A DNA stretch of 64,000 nucleotides from Epiperipatus broadwayi (Eukaryota > Animalia > Onychophora), in assembly GCA_028023455.1 (NCBI GenBank), contig JAQFVV010000007.1:9796001-9860000 (forward strand). The letters run 5' to 3'. The translations under genes were made by a program, and so were the position numbers. The notes beneath the pieces are model-generated. The model was not told the origin of the DNA. It did not search any database and saw only the letters and a program-made list of their open reading frames with translations. Positions 1 through 13,011 of the stretch are shown in pieces. How positions within the stretch are numbered: the first letter of the stretch is position 1; each line of letters opens with the position of its first letter.

Positions 1-2946
1 TAAAGCATGGCCCTTATTCCCAGGAGGCTGTAAAGTCACCAACCAAGGCAGCGGTTGGTGGCCGAAGGCGGAGGGTGCTAAGAATCCCCTGATTGCGGAC
101 CCAGGCTGCCATTTGATGACGACTTTTTATTTAGGTACTTACAACTGCAGATCACTTTCAAGTGAAGGAAGATTGCAAGAATTAGAAGAAGAACTGTCTT
201 ATATTAAATGGGACATTATTGGACTTTGTGAAGTTAGAAAAAAAGGAGAAGAAACAATTGATTTAAAAAGTGGACATATACTCTATTATAAAGGCACACA
301 TATTGAAAATACAAGTGGAGTAGGATTCATTATAAATAAAAAGTGGAAGAACAATATTGTGGAGATTGATGGTGTATCGGACAGAGTGGCAAGATTAGTT
401 ATACAAGCAGATACCAAATGCGGATAATTCAGGTTTATGCCCTAACAAGTTCTCATAGTGATGAAGTAGTAGAAGATTTTTATATGGATGTACAAAACGC
501 TTTTGATCAGAGTAAACAACATTTTAAAATTGTTATGGGAGACTTTAATGCTAGAATTGGTAGACAAATGAAAGATGAAATTGCTGTAGGTAATTTTGGT
601 TATGGTAATAGAAATGAGAGAGGACATAGACTTGTGGAGTTTGCAGAAAAAGAAAAACTTTATATTATGAATTCATTTTTTGAGAAAAATATTAAAAGGA
701 AATGGACATGGAAGCATCCAAATGAAGGTACAGCAGAATTGAATTATATTTTGACTAACAGAAAATGCATATTTCAAGATTATAATGTTCCTAATAAATT
801 TAACACAGGAAGTGATCATCGATTAGTAAGGTGTAAGTTACGTGTTAATGGAAAACTAGAGAGACAAAAATTATTAAGAAAAACTATATTTACAGTTGAT
901 ATTCCTAATCTTCAGAAACACTCTAATGAATTTAAATTAGAACTTACAAATACGTTTCAAGTGTTAGGAGATTTTGAACATGATTCAGATTTGAATGAAA
1001 TTAATATGAAAATAGCTGATACACTTTTAAAAACTGCAACAAACATACCTGGTAGAAAAAAGCAGCAATTGACTAATAAAATTTCTACTGAGACTAGAGA
1101 ATTTATGAAGAAAAGAAGGAATATGAAGATATACAAAAATGATGTATTAAAAAGAATTGAATATCTCGAATTTTGTAAAACGGTACGGAAAAGAGTTGAA
1201 AATGATATAAGAAAGTATAACTGTGAAATAGCAAGGAAAGCTGTAGAAGAAAATAAAAGTCTCAAAAATGTTAAACAACATTTTGGTATTGGTAGGAAAT
1301 TTATATCTGCAATAAGAAAAAAAGATGGAATTATTACTAAAAAGAGAGATGACATCATGAAATTGGTATAAGATTTTTATCAAGTATTATATAGTAATAA
1401 AGAACAAATACCTCCTATATCTATTACATCTTCTGAATTGCCCAGAATTTTAAATGAAGAAGTGAGACATGCAATTAAGTGTATGAAGAAAGGAAAGGCT
1501 CCAGGAAATGATGGAATTATAATTGATATATTAAAAGAAGCAGGTGAAGAAATAGAAACAATTTTAGCAAAGTTATATACCAAATGTCTAAATGATAAAG
1601 ATGTACCGGAAGATTGGAAGAATGCAGTAATAATATTAATATTTAAAAAAGGTGATAAAGAAGATATTAGAAATTACAGACCTATCAGCCTTTTATCAGT
1701 TTTATATAAAATTTTTACCAAGGTAATTACAACTCGTCTACAGAGAACTTTGGATTTCCACAAACCAAGAGAACAAGCTGGATTTAAAAGTGGTTTTAGT
1801 ACAATAGATCATATCCAGGTATTGAGAGAAGTCATAGAAAGGACAAACGAATATGAGTTGTCATTATGTTTTGGATTTGTAGATTATGAAAAGGCATTTG
1901 ATTCTATACACATTTCTTCAGTGATTAAAGCATTGGATCATCAAGGTATAGATCCAGGATATTGTCATATTTTAAAGAATATTTATAAAAATGCAACAGC
2001 AACAATTAGATTACATAATGATACTGGAAAAATCAACATTGAGAAAGGTGTAAGACAAGGTGACTCCATATCTCCAAAACTCTTTACAGCAGTGCTGCAA
2101 GAAGTATTTTGTGGATTAAAATGGGAAACTAAAGGAGTGAAAGTAAATGGAGAGTATTTAAGTCATTTAGATTTCGCAGATGATGTAGTTGTTTTTGCAA
2201 ATAATGCTTCAGAGCTGCAGGAAATGTTGCAGGAGTTAGCAGATGAAAGTAGAAAAGTAGGACTAAAGATAAATGTTAAAAAGACTAAAATAATGTTTAA
2301 TCGATTTGCTCAAAATATGAAAATAAAGATTGATTATGAAGAATTAGAAGAAGTTAATAGTTACAAATACCTTGGCCAGATTATTAATACAGATGGAAAC
2401 ATAATGGAGGAAATTAATCATAGAATTAAACTTGGCTGAGTGCTTTTGGTAGAAATAACTTGATACTAAAAGGAAATATGCCTATGTGTTTGAAAAGGAT
2501 GGTTTTTAACAAATGTGTTTTACCAGTTCTTACTTATGGATCTGAGACTTGGACACTTAATAGAAGAGCAATACAGAGACTTCAGACCACTCAAAGGAGT
2601 ATGGAGAGATGTATGTTGGGAGTAACAAAAAGAGATCGAAAACGCAATGTATGGGTAAGACAACAAACAGGTGTTACTGACCTTATTGAAAAAATTAAAA
2701 GATTGAAATGGAGTTGGGCTGGACATATTGCTAGAAGAGATGATAATAGATGTACAATTGAAATTTTAAATTGGATTCCAAGAGATTGTAAAAGACCCAG
2801 AAAGAGGCCACATGTGAGATGGATGGATGAAATAAGAAAATGTGCAGGGGTGTTGTGGAGAAGAGAAGCTAAAGATCAGAGAAGATGGATTAAACTTGGA
2901 GAGACTTTCATCCTGCAGTGGATTGATAATGGTTGATGATGATGAT
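1..2946 (+). mobile_element. RTE-clade non-LTR retrotransposon, copy 1 (least decayed; 5' end runs off the window)
   Basis: APE endonuclease motifs (LGTYNCRSL, IIGLCEVR, VMGDFNARIG, GSDHRLV), RT motifs (KAPGNDG, NYRPISLLS, FVDYEKAFDS, GVRQGDSISPKLF, DFADD, YKYLGQ) and an RTE-type C-terminus (LTYGSETW, KWSWAGH, RPRKRP..RWMD). Ends in a (GAT)4 tail at 2935-2946. The frame of the 113..427 ORF is open back to position 2. Confidence 0.95.
113..2936 (+). pseudogene. Disrupted single EN-RT ORF of RTE copy 1
   Basis: Four ORF pieces join into one protein with three lesions: a small deletion/frameshift near 405-420, a nonsense codon at 1369-1371 (GTA TAA versus GTA GAA in copy 2), and a 1-bp deletion near 2437 (GGCTGAGT versus GGTTGGAGT in copy 2). 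Confidence 0.9.
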
Positions 2947-4670
2947 ATAAAAGGCACTTGCCTAGTCAAATATATATATGTGAATAACATCTTTTGCTGA
3001 ATGCCTATAAAATTATAAAAAAGTTAGATCTTCAAAATGGAATTATAATTGTTAATAAAGGAACTGTGTATTAAGAAGTTGAAATCTACATACAAAGAGG
3101 AAACTAAACGTCAACTTGGGATATCCTATTATTTTCTTTAATGTATAACAATGAAAAAATTAAAAATTGCATCTTCAAAGGAGTTTCATTTGCGAATTCC
3201 AGGAACACCTGCGACTATTGTATTAACTTTTATAAATATCATTTAAGTTTTTTTTTAAAATTATAATTGGGAAAGATTAATTTCATTTCCTTTATTATCG
3301 TATTCATTTCATTAAAGAAATGAATAATAAGAGAGAATTAATAATTTAAAATATTTTTATTTATCATTAATAAAGATTTAGATATAGGGTAAGAAATATT
3401 AATATGGGAAAGGCATATGAAAATATAAAGGGATAAAGTGAATCTTGAGGTAAGAAATTAAATTATTTTTAAATTCACATCCTATTATTTTCTATGACAT
3501 GACACTACATTGTTAATACTAATCCAAATAGTCTAATAACCATAATGTATAATGTGGATAAATGACTAACATTGATATGAAATATATATTTTTATATTAA
3601 TAAACATAAATTATGTACAATCATTTTAACGAATGAAAACATTATATATAAATAATTGGATTATTATTTGTATAATCTAATTAATATATAATAGTGTTAA
3701 TGTAGAAGGCTTAATATTTGGATATTTATATTTTATATACGTTATGTAATCACGTAATGTTATAAGTTAAAAAATATATCTACTGTAAATAAATAGAATA
3801 TTTATATTTTTTAATATAAGGAAGTAGATATATAAATAATTTTTATATATTGTAAAATTTAAGTCATTTATTTGTTAAATAAATATTTATTATGTTTTTT
3901 TATATTAAATTAAATGACGTCTTCAATTTTATTTTATTTAATTTAAAGAGTTAGTGAAATTTGTTATTAATATTACTTTAGAATATTGATAGGAACCCCT
4001 CAAGAGAATCAATTGTTGAACTTCCCTGAGTTTGAAATCTGAGCATAACGGTTAAGTCAATTAAGGTGAAAATTGATTTGATGTGGTTTAAATATAATAA
4101 TTTATTAATAATAAGTTATTTGTTAGAAACAGATATAGTTTATATCAAAATTAAATCACATCATTTGTGGCATCCTATATGAAGACCTTAAATCTGACTA
4201 TAGTGAGATGTGACTGCCTTAACTTATTTTGTTGAGAGAATTCATACCGTTACATTATAAATATGACATACTTCTTAAATAGCATCAAGAAATTTTTTAA
4301 TTTTGTTATGATAGTTTGGAAAAATTCACTATGTTGCAAACTGTTTGCACTAGAATAATGATTTGCTAATAGTTGATGGGATAAAATGACAGTTGAAGGC
4401 ATAATGGATCTAGGAATAAATATTATTTATATAATTCTGGTACCAAAAAAAAAAAAAATACATATGCCTAATGCAGGAAAATGAAATATATGATAACAAT
4501 GGATTAAAAAAAAAATTGCAATCTAATATCAAATGCAAAATAAGAGTCAGATATAAAATTATGTTACATGTTTAACTTTAATAATTTTGTAATTTGATAT
4601 TAATCTTAGTTTATAATTTTTTGGAATTCAAACAGAAAAAAAAAGCCATTTGCTTACTTGCAAAACTTAC

Positions 4671-4731
4671 CTGTTAATTACTTAAAGCTAAACCAAACCA
4701 ATCTTCTACCATCTTCTTGTAATCATTTCTT
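4671..4731 (-). CDS. Candidate terminal coding exon of an unidentified minus-strand host gene (..RNDYKKMVEDWFGLALSN*)
   Basis: Strong acceptor (TTTTATTTTCAG) and donor (CAG|GTAAGT) flank 61 nt. The best frame runs to a TAA 3 nt before the donor; the other two frames stop earlier. No homology recognised. Confidence 0.3.
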
Positions 4732-5206
4732 CTGAAAATAAAATAAAAGAGCCTTCCATTAATTCAGCAGATAAATATTTCATTATGTAATAAAAAAATA
4801 TTGTACACTGTTTGAACTTTCTAAGTATTGTTGGGGTTTTTTTTTTAGTTTTGGTGACAACTTTCTTCTTCAGATAAATTTTACAGTCATGACCAAAATC
4901 CACAACAAGACTGCCAAATAAATATTAGATAGTGTTACAATTTATACCTATGTATAAATAAAAGTAGATTATGCCAAATTTGAAAAAAAATTCTAAATAC
5001 TTTCCCATATCAGAACATAATAAACAATGCAATTATAAGAAAAAACTAGTTATAATATGAATTTGGAAATTCTAAACTCCGGAAGAGAAAAAAATGTTAA
5101 TGATGAATTTTACAATAATTATACAAATCAATTCATGAAATAAAAATATGTTTGCATATATATATATAATAAATTAAGTTTGATGTCTGTATTCATTCTA
5201 CAATAT

Positions 5207-6060
5207 ATGTAATATTCAAATCAATATATATCAAAATACAGTAAAATTCACATAAATTATATTATTTTTAGAAGTACTTTCGACTATACATCTTGTAGTC
5301 TTTATCAACTATATAACATTGAATAATCAAAACGAGACAACCTTTCACAATACCCATAGTTCAATTCAGATTTCCCACAATTCTGTTATTTTAGCATTTG
5401 ATGACTGCGGATTCATTAACATTTGACGATTTCTTGAAATCAATATAGCCTCTTTTATTTTACGTTTATTATGGCAACGTTCAATTTGAATAATTTTCAT
5501 ATTATTATAATCAAATTTAAATCCATATTGACAAGATTTATTATGATCAAATATAACAGATGATGAAGGTTTATTTACATCTATTCCTGATTGTTTCTCT
5601 TTTTGAATTCTATTATATAAAAGCATATGCTCTTTTATTCTCTTCTCCAATGTACACTTAGATTCGCCAATATATTGTAAGCCACATTTAGATATCAATT
5701 TATATATAATACAATTTTGATTAAAATTTTAATTTTAGAGTTATATTTGATCATAATAAATCTTGTCAATATGGATTTAAATTTGATTATAATAATATGA
5801 AAATTATTCAAATTGAACATTGCCACAATAAACGTAAAATAAAAGTCTATATTGATTTCAAGAAATCGTCAAATGTTAATGAATCGGCAGTCATCAAATG
5901 TTAAAATAACAGAATTGTAGGAAATCTGAATTGAACTATGGGTATTGTGAAAGGTTGTCTCATTTTGATTATTCAATAGTCGAAAGTACTTCTAAAAATA
6001 ATATAATTTATGTGAATTTTACTGTATTTTGATATATATATATTGATTTGAATATTATAT
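5207..6060 (-). mobile_element. Penelope-like element relic: GIY-YIG endonuclease 3' part plus inverted duplication of the 3' end (pseudo-LTR)
   Basis: ORF 5366..5698 (-) reads KCGLQYIGES..LEKRIKEH..IFDH..KRKIKEAILI, the PLE GIY-YIG pattern. 5207-5557 and 5740-6060 are reverse complements of each other. Confidence 0.85.
5269..5311 (-). ncRNA. Minimal type I hammerhead ribozyme-like motif in the PLE 3' region
   Basis: Minus strand reads TAG-TTGATAA-A-GACTA caagatgta TAGTC-GAA-AG ta CT-T-CTA: stem I 3 bp, core U3UGAUA8A, stem II 5 bp, GAAA, palindromic AAGTACTT stem III, CUU triplet. Confidence 0.6.
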
Positions 6061-9039
6061 ATATATAACATACTGGTCCTTTAGTCTTTATTTATCTTCT
6101 TGAAAAGATTTTCAAGTACTTCAGTAGCAAACTTTTCTTCTAAGAGATTTCCAGCATTTGACCTACTTGAATGTACTGCATATCAAACTATCTCCCTCCC
6201 AATAAAGGCACTTCTTTAAAACATCTTTAGAGTAATTTATAAAATATAAATGGAATCTGCCTCAACCATGAAAACCAGGTTCAAAAGTATATATTTTAGT
6301 AAGTCTATTACTATTCAATTACTTCATATCTCAATCCAAATAGCATGACTTCACAATAGATTCAATATCGTGACATCCGAGCTCATGAATACATTGAATC
6401 ATCTCATGATCCCAGTCACATTCTTAGAATCTTACAGAGCATTTCAAATAAAATTTGCAATACTTTTAAGTTCAACAATAAGAGATCCATGATTTTACTC
6501 TGATTCAATAAATCTGAAAGACTATGAACAACTAATTTATCCTATGATGAAATACCCTATTATTTCGTTAAATGCAGCAATGGGGCAGAGAAATCTGTAG
6601 CTGCAACTCAACATTCAATTCTATCTTTTTACCTAAAAAGCTCTACTAACAATTTTGTTTTACATTGAATCACATGCACAAACTGCAACATCCATGCCAA
6701 AAGTGGCTGAAAATCTTTTGTCAACCATTTAGCTAATATAAGGTATCTGAGTTTTCTGACTATTAAAGATATAGTTAAAACATTAGAAAACATTCAGCAA
6801 ATATATTTTTTAAAACTTCATTATTATTTTTTTAAAGTTAAACGAGAATCTTCCTCAAAGTGTGCAACATTATTTCTATTTTGCAAATAACATGCTGATT
6901 AATAAGAAGTAGGTGTCTTTTTTGCCTAGAGTGAGAATCTGTCTCCTTTGTTTCTTTACATAATTAAAATTCCAAGTAAATGATTTGCAGAAATGGCTAT
7001 ACGAGATATTATTCACTGTGCCATAATAGATCAAACAAAATCTCATGAAAATCACTAGATGTTATAAATAAAATTATTTTATTGGACCCATATACTTGTT
7101 CTTACAACAAAAGAAAGCTTTACCAATGAAATTACACAAGGACCCTTATATCTATGTCAAACTGAGAAGACAAAAAAATTACAAGGAGCTAAAAACTTTT
7201 CTTGTAAAATATTAAATAAAATCAATACTTCATTAAGTATTCCATTATTAATATGTATTTCACTATTTTTTTCCCAAATATAGTTGGTCCATCAATTCCG
7301 ATATACATAAAACAAATTAATTCTACACAGTTTGATTTTAAAATTTTGCATTTTTTTTTTTTTATAAATTATTTTTCATTTATTTCCTTTCTCCATTTCA
7401 ACCATTATAAACAATTAATCCTATCATAGAAATAATAAAAAAGGAAAAATTTAGAATGTAAAAGATTAAAGACAAATATTTTATCAAGTTGTTAGTGTAA
7501 ATTCTGTGTAAGTATATGTGTATAATATTATAATAAATATATGATAATGACCTATAACATGGGCAAAACATAAAAAGAAAATCATTTATAAAATAAAACA
7601 GGATTTGAAAAAAAAGTGTGAAATTAACTTGTTTTATATATTTTTGAAACTTTTTGGTACAAAGTGTTCAATTAGTTTTATTTATCTTTGAAACTTTTTT
7701 ATAAATACTTTAAAATCAAATTTTTAAAAAGATTAATTAATAATGTTTATTGATATTTTATTTTGTTTAATTAAAGTTTATTTCTTTTTTGTTAATACTT
7801 ATAATGACCATTCAGTCACAGGCTCATATATAAATGTTTTCATATATTTTGATAAGAGCAAAGACGATTTATTATTAGCTGTTTACTTCAGATACAACAT
7901 TTTTCAAATAAAACATAATGGTAATTTAGGTGTCTAAAATTTATAAGATAAATAATATTGAATGTGCATTGACTTATTACTCTGGCATTAAAAATTTTTT
8001 AATAAATATTGTATTGTTTAAATTATATAATTTGTGAGGAAATGACATTAAGGTTAATCATACCAAGATTAAAATTTAATATAAAGTTTATAAAAAATTA
8101 CATAGTCAAAATTTAAATAAAACAAGTAAAATAATTTATTGTAAATGATCACACAATTTGGAGTACACTGTATTTTTGTAATGTCATATGTTTATTTAAA
8201 CTCTCTGAGAATTATATCCATTATTATCATTTCCTGAATTATTGAAATCAATAAGCTATTATTTTAAAAAAATTAAATAAGGTACTATATAATCAAGGTA
8301 CTAGAGGAGACAAATTTTGACTGAATAGGTGTTTATAGGGAAAACTAACTACAATGAATTAAATAATTTTATTAAATAATCTTCAGATTTATAGCTTTGA
8401 CTTTTTAAACTAATTATATACTACACATCAATACTTGTAGTAAGAAGAATGTTATTGAAGTTTATAATTATAGTAATAGCACTAATTATATATTTTATAC
8501 TAGCATCATTAAATAATAGTGCTTGCTTGATAAATATACAGAAGAGGTGAGTCATTGATACAACTTATCTTTTATTTACTGGCTACCAAAATTATCATTT
8601 CAATCAAAATATATATATATGTGATTATAGAATGAAATGTAAACCAAATTAAATGTTTCTTTATCTCATTTTTAGAGGTATCACAATATATAAATCTATA
8701 TACTACATCCATGAATTATAAAAAGCAACAGCATTGCATATAATTGTATTATTTTATAGACAAAATTTAAGCTTTAGATATTAACAAAGTCTTTAATACC
8801 CACCAATCAGTATATTGATTTTACAAATACTTTAGACTTTCAGCACTTCAGAATCTTAAATCATCATTATTGATTGGATTGGATTATGGGGGGTGTGTGT
8901 TTTATAATTAATGTAAAATGTATGAAGAATGTTTATTAATCTACATAATCCACAAGATATTTAAACTGTTTTTTTTATATAGATAATAGGAAGGCAACCT
9001 CAGATAAACTAGGATAGATTCAAACCAAATGAATGTCAA

Positions 9040-9450
9040 CTCTGTCCCAAATGATTTAGTGGGATTACAAAAAGACAGAGATCAAGATCTGATATACATG
9101 TAATGAAACAGAACTTTGATGAAGAAAGATATTGATTCATTTTATTATTAATGTAATCATTGTATGCAGCTGAAGTATTTATTTTAAGGAATGGTTTGGG
9201 ATTAAACCCATGATTCAACTTATATTATTTGAAGATAAACTACTTGGTATTGATCCTGTATAATGTGATAATATTCCTCCTATATTCATATATCCTATGC
9301 AAACATAAATAATTGGATAGAATAGGTATACTTTTTCTCTCTTATAAATTAATTTACACATAGATATTGCAAGTGGAGATGAACTGTTACAACATATATG
9401 CACAAGTGCAGACATCTCTTGCTTTGACATATGTTGAATCGAAAGCCTGG
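9040..9450 (-). mobile_element. Highly decayed non-LTR RT fragment (CR1/L2-like, clade uncertain)
   Basis: Minus-strand peptide NHGFNPK..NTSAAYND..SSKFCF..DL..F.I.LNHL resembles the 'QxGFR..ST..A...DLSKAFD.I.H..L' RT region. Many stops. Confidence 0.3.
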
Positions 9451-11689
9451 CTCGGCAAAATAAATATTTTTAAGATTTATTGCCATAATTGTTGACAATT
9501 CTCTACATATTCTGGTAGAATATAATTTTAAAATATTCATATGCATACTGAAATGGTCATGTAACATGGTCATTTTTAACGTCAACTAAAATATATATTA
9601 AAAAAAAAAAAAAACCTGACAGGTTAAAAACACACCAATCTAACATTAGTTTAACATGCAAATCAAATACAAAAAAAATATTGAACATATAGTCAATAAA
9701 GAGCTTCACGCTTCTTTAATTGCAGTTTCTTTGATAGTATTGAGACTGGGTTGCAGTTAAAATTAAGTATTTGTAATTGTTAGTTATTCTTAAATTTCAT
9801 ATTTATATATAGCAATGATGAGCATAAACATTCATAAAGAATATACTATTTAAAAAACTATGTGTTGGATAAGCAAATCATGATAACCAAAATATTTTTG
9901 ATTTTTATAATAATGAATCGTACACAATTAAGAATAACGGTAAAAGAAAATGACTTACTGAACAAAATTTTACTCATTTATGATTAGTTGAATCAAACAT
10001 TATATGAAATCAAAGTATATTTTCAGACTTTGATTCTCTTTCTAAATATATTTTAATAATAAGATAATCTTTTATTGAACTTTCTCATATTATTAAATCA
10101 ATTAGTTTTTTTTATTTCTTGTCTCACGTTTAAGGATTCTAAAATTACAATTTTTGTACTGCACTTAAATTATTGAAATACATAATTATAATAAATTTCA
10201 AGTGTCTTCTATTTATGATTTATTGTTTATTTTCATTTTAAAATTATTTTTATTAAAATTTGTTCAATGATTTTATCTTAAACTAGCACACAGAAAAGTA
10301 CTTTTGGACAAGTATTTTATAGTTAGTGGTGCTTTTTTTTATGTGAGTTATTTGATTAAATCATTATTTGAATACTTATTTTAAAACTAAATGAATGTGA
10401 GACCTAACATATCAAAGAAAGCAAATTAAAAAAAAAAAAAACAGAAACAAATTGGAACCAAATAAGCATGGAATTTTTTATTGATAATATCACTAATTTC
10501 TTCTCACTTCATTCACTTGGTAAACTAATATTAAAATTTCAAAACTACAATCAGAAATAATGAAATATGATATTTTCAAATAAATTATAAAATATGATTT
10601 CATCATGAAAATTCCCATAATTATATATTTATATTTGACTTCTGTTAAAATACAAAATAAATCAATAAATGGCTTAGCGATGGAATTTGTGCTAATATGA
10701 TTAACTCATGCAGAAAATTATCTTCATAAAATTTATTTTGCTAAACAAGACAGCATGAAAGTAAATCATGTACTTACTCAAGTATGAAAGTAATAAGAAC
10801 AATATTTGAAGACTTATTTCTGTTTTAATTTTAAAATATATTAAATGACAATGTATAAAATATTGATTAATGCACATAATTATTTATTGTATTTGTTTAT
10901 TTTAATTATTTATTTTATTATTTTAATATATCCAAAATTTGGGATGGAAAGATTTTGTCATTTATAAAATGTACATTGGATTAAATTATAACAAGACATA
11001 TAATTAAATTATACTTTTTATTAATCATAATCAATTATATTATCTATTTTAAATAGGGCTCAAAATATTTGATTAAGTATCTTTTTTTAAAGATAAAAAA
11101 TATAAACAGTGTTTAAACTCAATTTTTATAAGCAACCCAACATTTAATTTAGATTTGTATAAATGGATAAATACTAGATATATTCTGTGATGAATTAATA
11201 TTTGAAAAAAATATTTTATTTTGTTAACTGAATAATTAATTTAGAAGGAATGTATGTTTAAAATAAAAGATATCCTTATTTTCATAATATAAAAGATATA
11301 ATAAATGGACTAACTAAGTATAAATGTTTGAATATACTTTTGTAAAAAATTATTGGAGTTTCAAAGTGACCAAAAAATAAATGTTATAAAATAATAAGAA
11401 ATTCAAATCCCGAAACCTAAAAATTATAATAGCTAAAGTTTAACAATTTTAATACAATCTTAAATAAATGAAGATTATTTTTGTGATTAAGTTTAAATAT
11501 TTAAAATATAAATCCTTTATTTTATAATTTATAAAGTTAGGAATTATTTTATAAATCACCAGTAGAGGTGAATAATTAAAAGGTTATCATTAGACTATGA
11601 AAAAAATTGCTTATTAACATCAAATATTATTTAGTCAGATTTATACAGACTAGTGCAGAATTGTTCAGAAAACATAATATTCAGTAATA

Positions 11690-11921
11690 CAGTGAGTGTA
11701 CCAATAGTTCAACTAGCTCTTAATTGATAAGTGCAGTAAGAGAAAATATTTTAAATTCCTATCCGGAACACTCTTATCCCCAAACCAATTGGTTTCGAGC
11801 TTATTACTCACCTCAATGAGGAACTAGAATATTCAGACACTAGATCTATAGAGATTTTAAATATTTTCTCTTACCGCACTTATCAATTAAGAGCTTGTTT
11901 GAGCTATTAGTATGCTCTCTG
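11690..11921. mobile_element. 232-bp foldback element with about 73-bp arms and a central hammerhead-like motif
   Basis: 11690-11762 is the reverse complement of about 11848-11921 (roughly 85% by eye). Ends are TA|CAGTGAG...CTCTCTG|TA. The spacer holds a hammerhead-like fold on the minus strand. Confidence 0.85.
11778..11821 (-). ncRNA. Hammerhead ribozyme-like motif (degenerate core)
   Basis: Minus strand: CCTCA-TTGAGGT-GAGT aataa GCTC-GAA-ACC aatt GGT-T-TGGGG. Stems I (5 bp), II (4 bp) and III (palindromic ACCAATTGGT) all pair. The 7-nt core differs from CUGANGA at positions 3 and 9. Confidence 0.65.
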
Positions 11922-11999
11922 TATTACATTTTTGTAAATACAAGCTTATAAAAGTAATGTCATGTTATATATAACTTGCTTTATTGATTATTAATATTC

Positions 12000-12330
12000 A
12001 ATATCAATTTTTTTTTCTCTTATTATGGTTAAGGCATTCAGCATAAGCTTTAGTAATCAATGTATGCCAAATAGTATTGCATAATAAATCCCTGACAAAT
12101 GCTGTCCTATCAAATACCCTTAGACTAGTTTCTAACTTATGGTTTTCATTAGTGAGTAACTTTTGGATCCAAGAGCAATGCATCTGCATCATTGAGATCT
12201 AATGCACCTTTCCTCTACCAGCCATATTTTACTATCCAGCTATCAATCCAAATTGAAAAACATGTCAGTGTTTTCAAACTAAGCCAATTTACTTATATAG
12301 TCATATAGATCTGAGATCAGTTCAGCAGTT
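12000..12330 (-). repeat. Hammerhead-bearing dispersed repeat family, copy A (motif at 12119-12156)
   Basis: Aligns with copies at 36.5, 37.2 and 41.8 kb. Motif: CTCA-CTAATGA-A-AAC cataa GTT-A-GAAACTAGTC-TAAG. Confidence 0.7.
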
Positions 12331-12569
12331 ATACATTATGTTGACCTCATACTATGTGGCATAACCATGGTGAGAAAAAAATAATTTCGTATTAAACATT
12401 ATCATGTAAACTGGAGTCATATGATAATTAACTGGATTTAAAATATTATCTTTGTAGCATGTTCTAACATGCTTTATAATATAACATTGTAATTATAATC
12501 TATACCTTATAATTGCATCAACGTTCTATCCTGTAGATTCAATTTAAAGTAAGAATAAATATATTATTG

Positions 12570-12732
12570 ATGTTATAACATTAAGCAACAATCTATTCAC
12601 ATAAATTAGCATTCATATCCCAGAAAGAACAAGAAATCTATTAAAATCACTTTTATGTTATAACATTAAGCAACAATGTTAGACTATAAATTAGCATTCA
12701 TATCCCAGAAAGACTAAGAAAATCTTAAGATC
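12570..12732. repeat. Two-unit tandem duplication, period about 85 bp
   Basis: ATGTTATAACATTAAGCAACAAT...ATAAATTAGCATTCATATCCCAGAAA recurs at 12570 and 12655. Confidence 0.85.
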
Positions 12733-12989
12733 ACAATCTAATTAAAATTTACTGTATTTCAGATTTACATCTACTAAATTTAGAAACATCAACTATTGTA
12801 TAAAACAAATATTAAAATCAACCATATGAAGATTATTATAAGAAAAAAAAATATTACTGATTATTTAATAAAATATCTAATATTTTGAAAAAAAAAAAAC
12901 AAAGCCAAATATCTTACAGTAATATTATTTTACTTAATGATTCCTATAGAATCATATATTACTATTTTGATTGATAACTTCTTACTTAC

Positions 12990-13011
12990 AAGATTTTTCA
13001 TTATTTTTTTA
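12990..13011 (-). CDS. Candidate 22-nt micro-exon (KKIMKNL)
   Basis: Acceptor TGGTTTCTCTTAG, donor CTT|GTAAGT. Phase is compatible with the candidate exon ending at 18017. Very short, so it could be chance. Confidence 0.2.

Noticed and set aside
1-75. Possible HDV-like ribozyme at the RTE 5' end (10-bp hairpin GTCACCAACC/GGTTGGTGGC followed by CGAA)
   Set aside because: HDV-like ribozymes are known in RTE 5' regions, but I could not find a P3/L3 motif or P1/P2 partners. The hairpin lies in the open reading frame and the upstream sequence is outside the window.
442-2990. Minus-strand ORFs over RTE copies (also 15918-16346 and 34479-34771)
   Set aside because: They are antisense shadows of the LINE coding frame with no independent features.
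12004-12192. ORF MQMHCSWIQKLL.. resembling an L1 post-RT segment
   Set aside because: The DNA aligns with the non-coding hammerhead repeat family, so the protein resemblance is coincidental.
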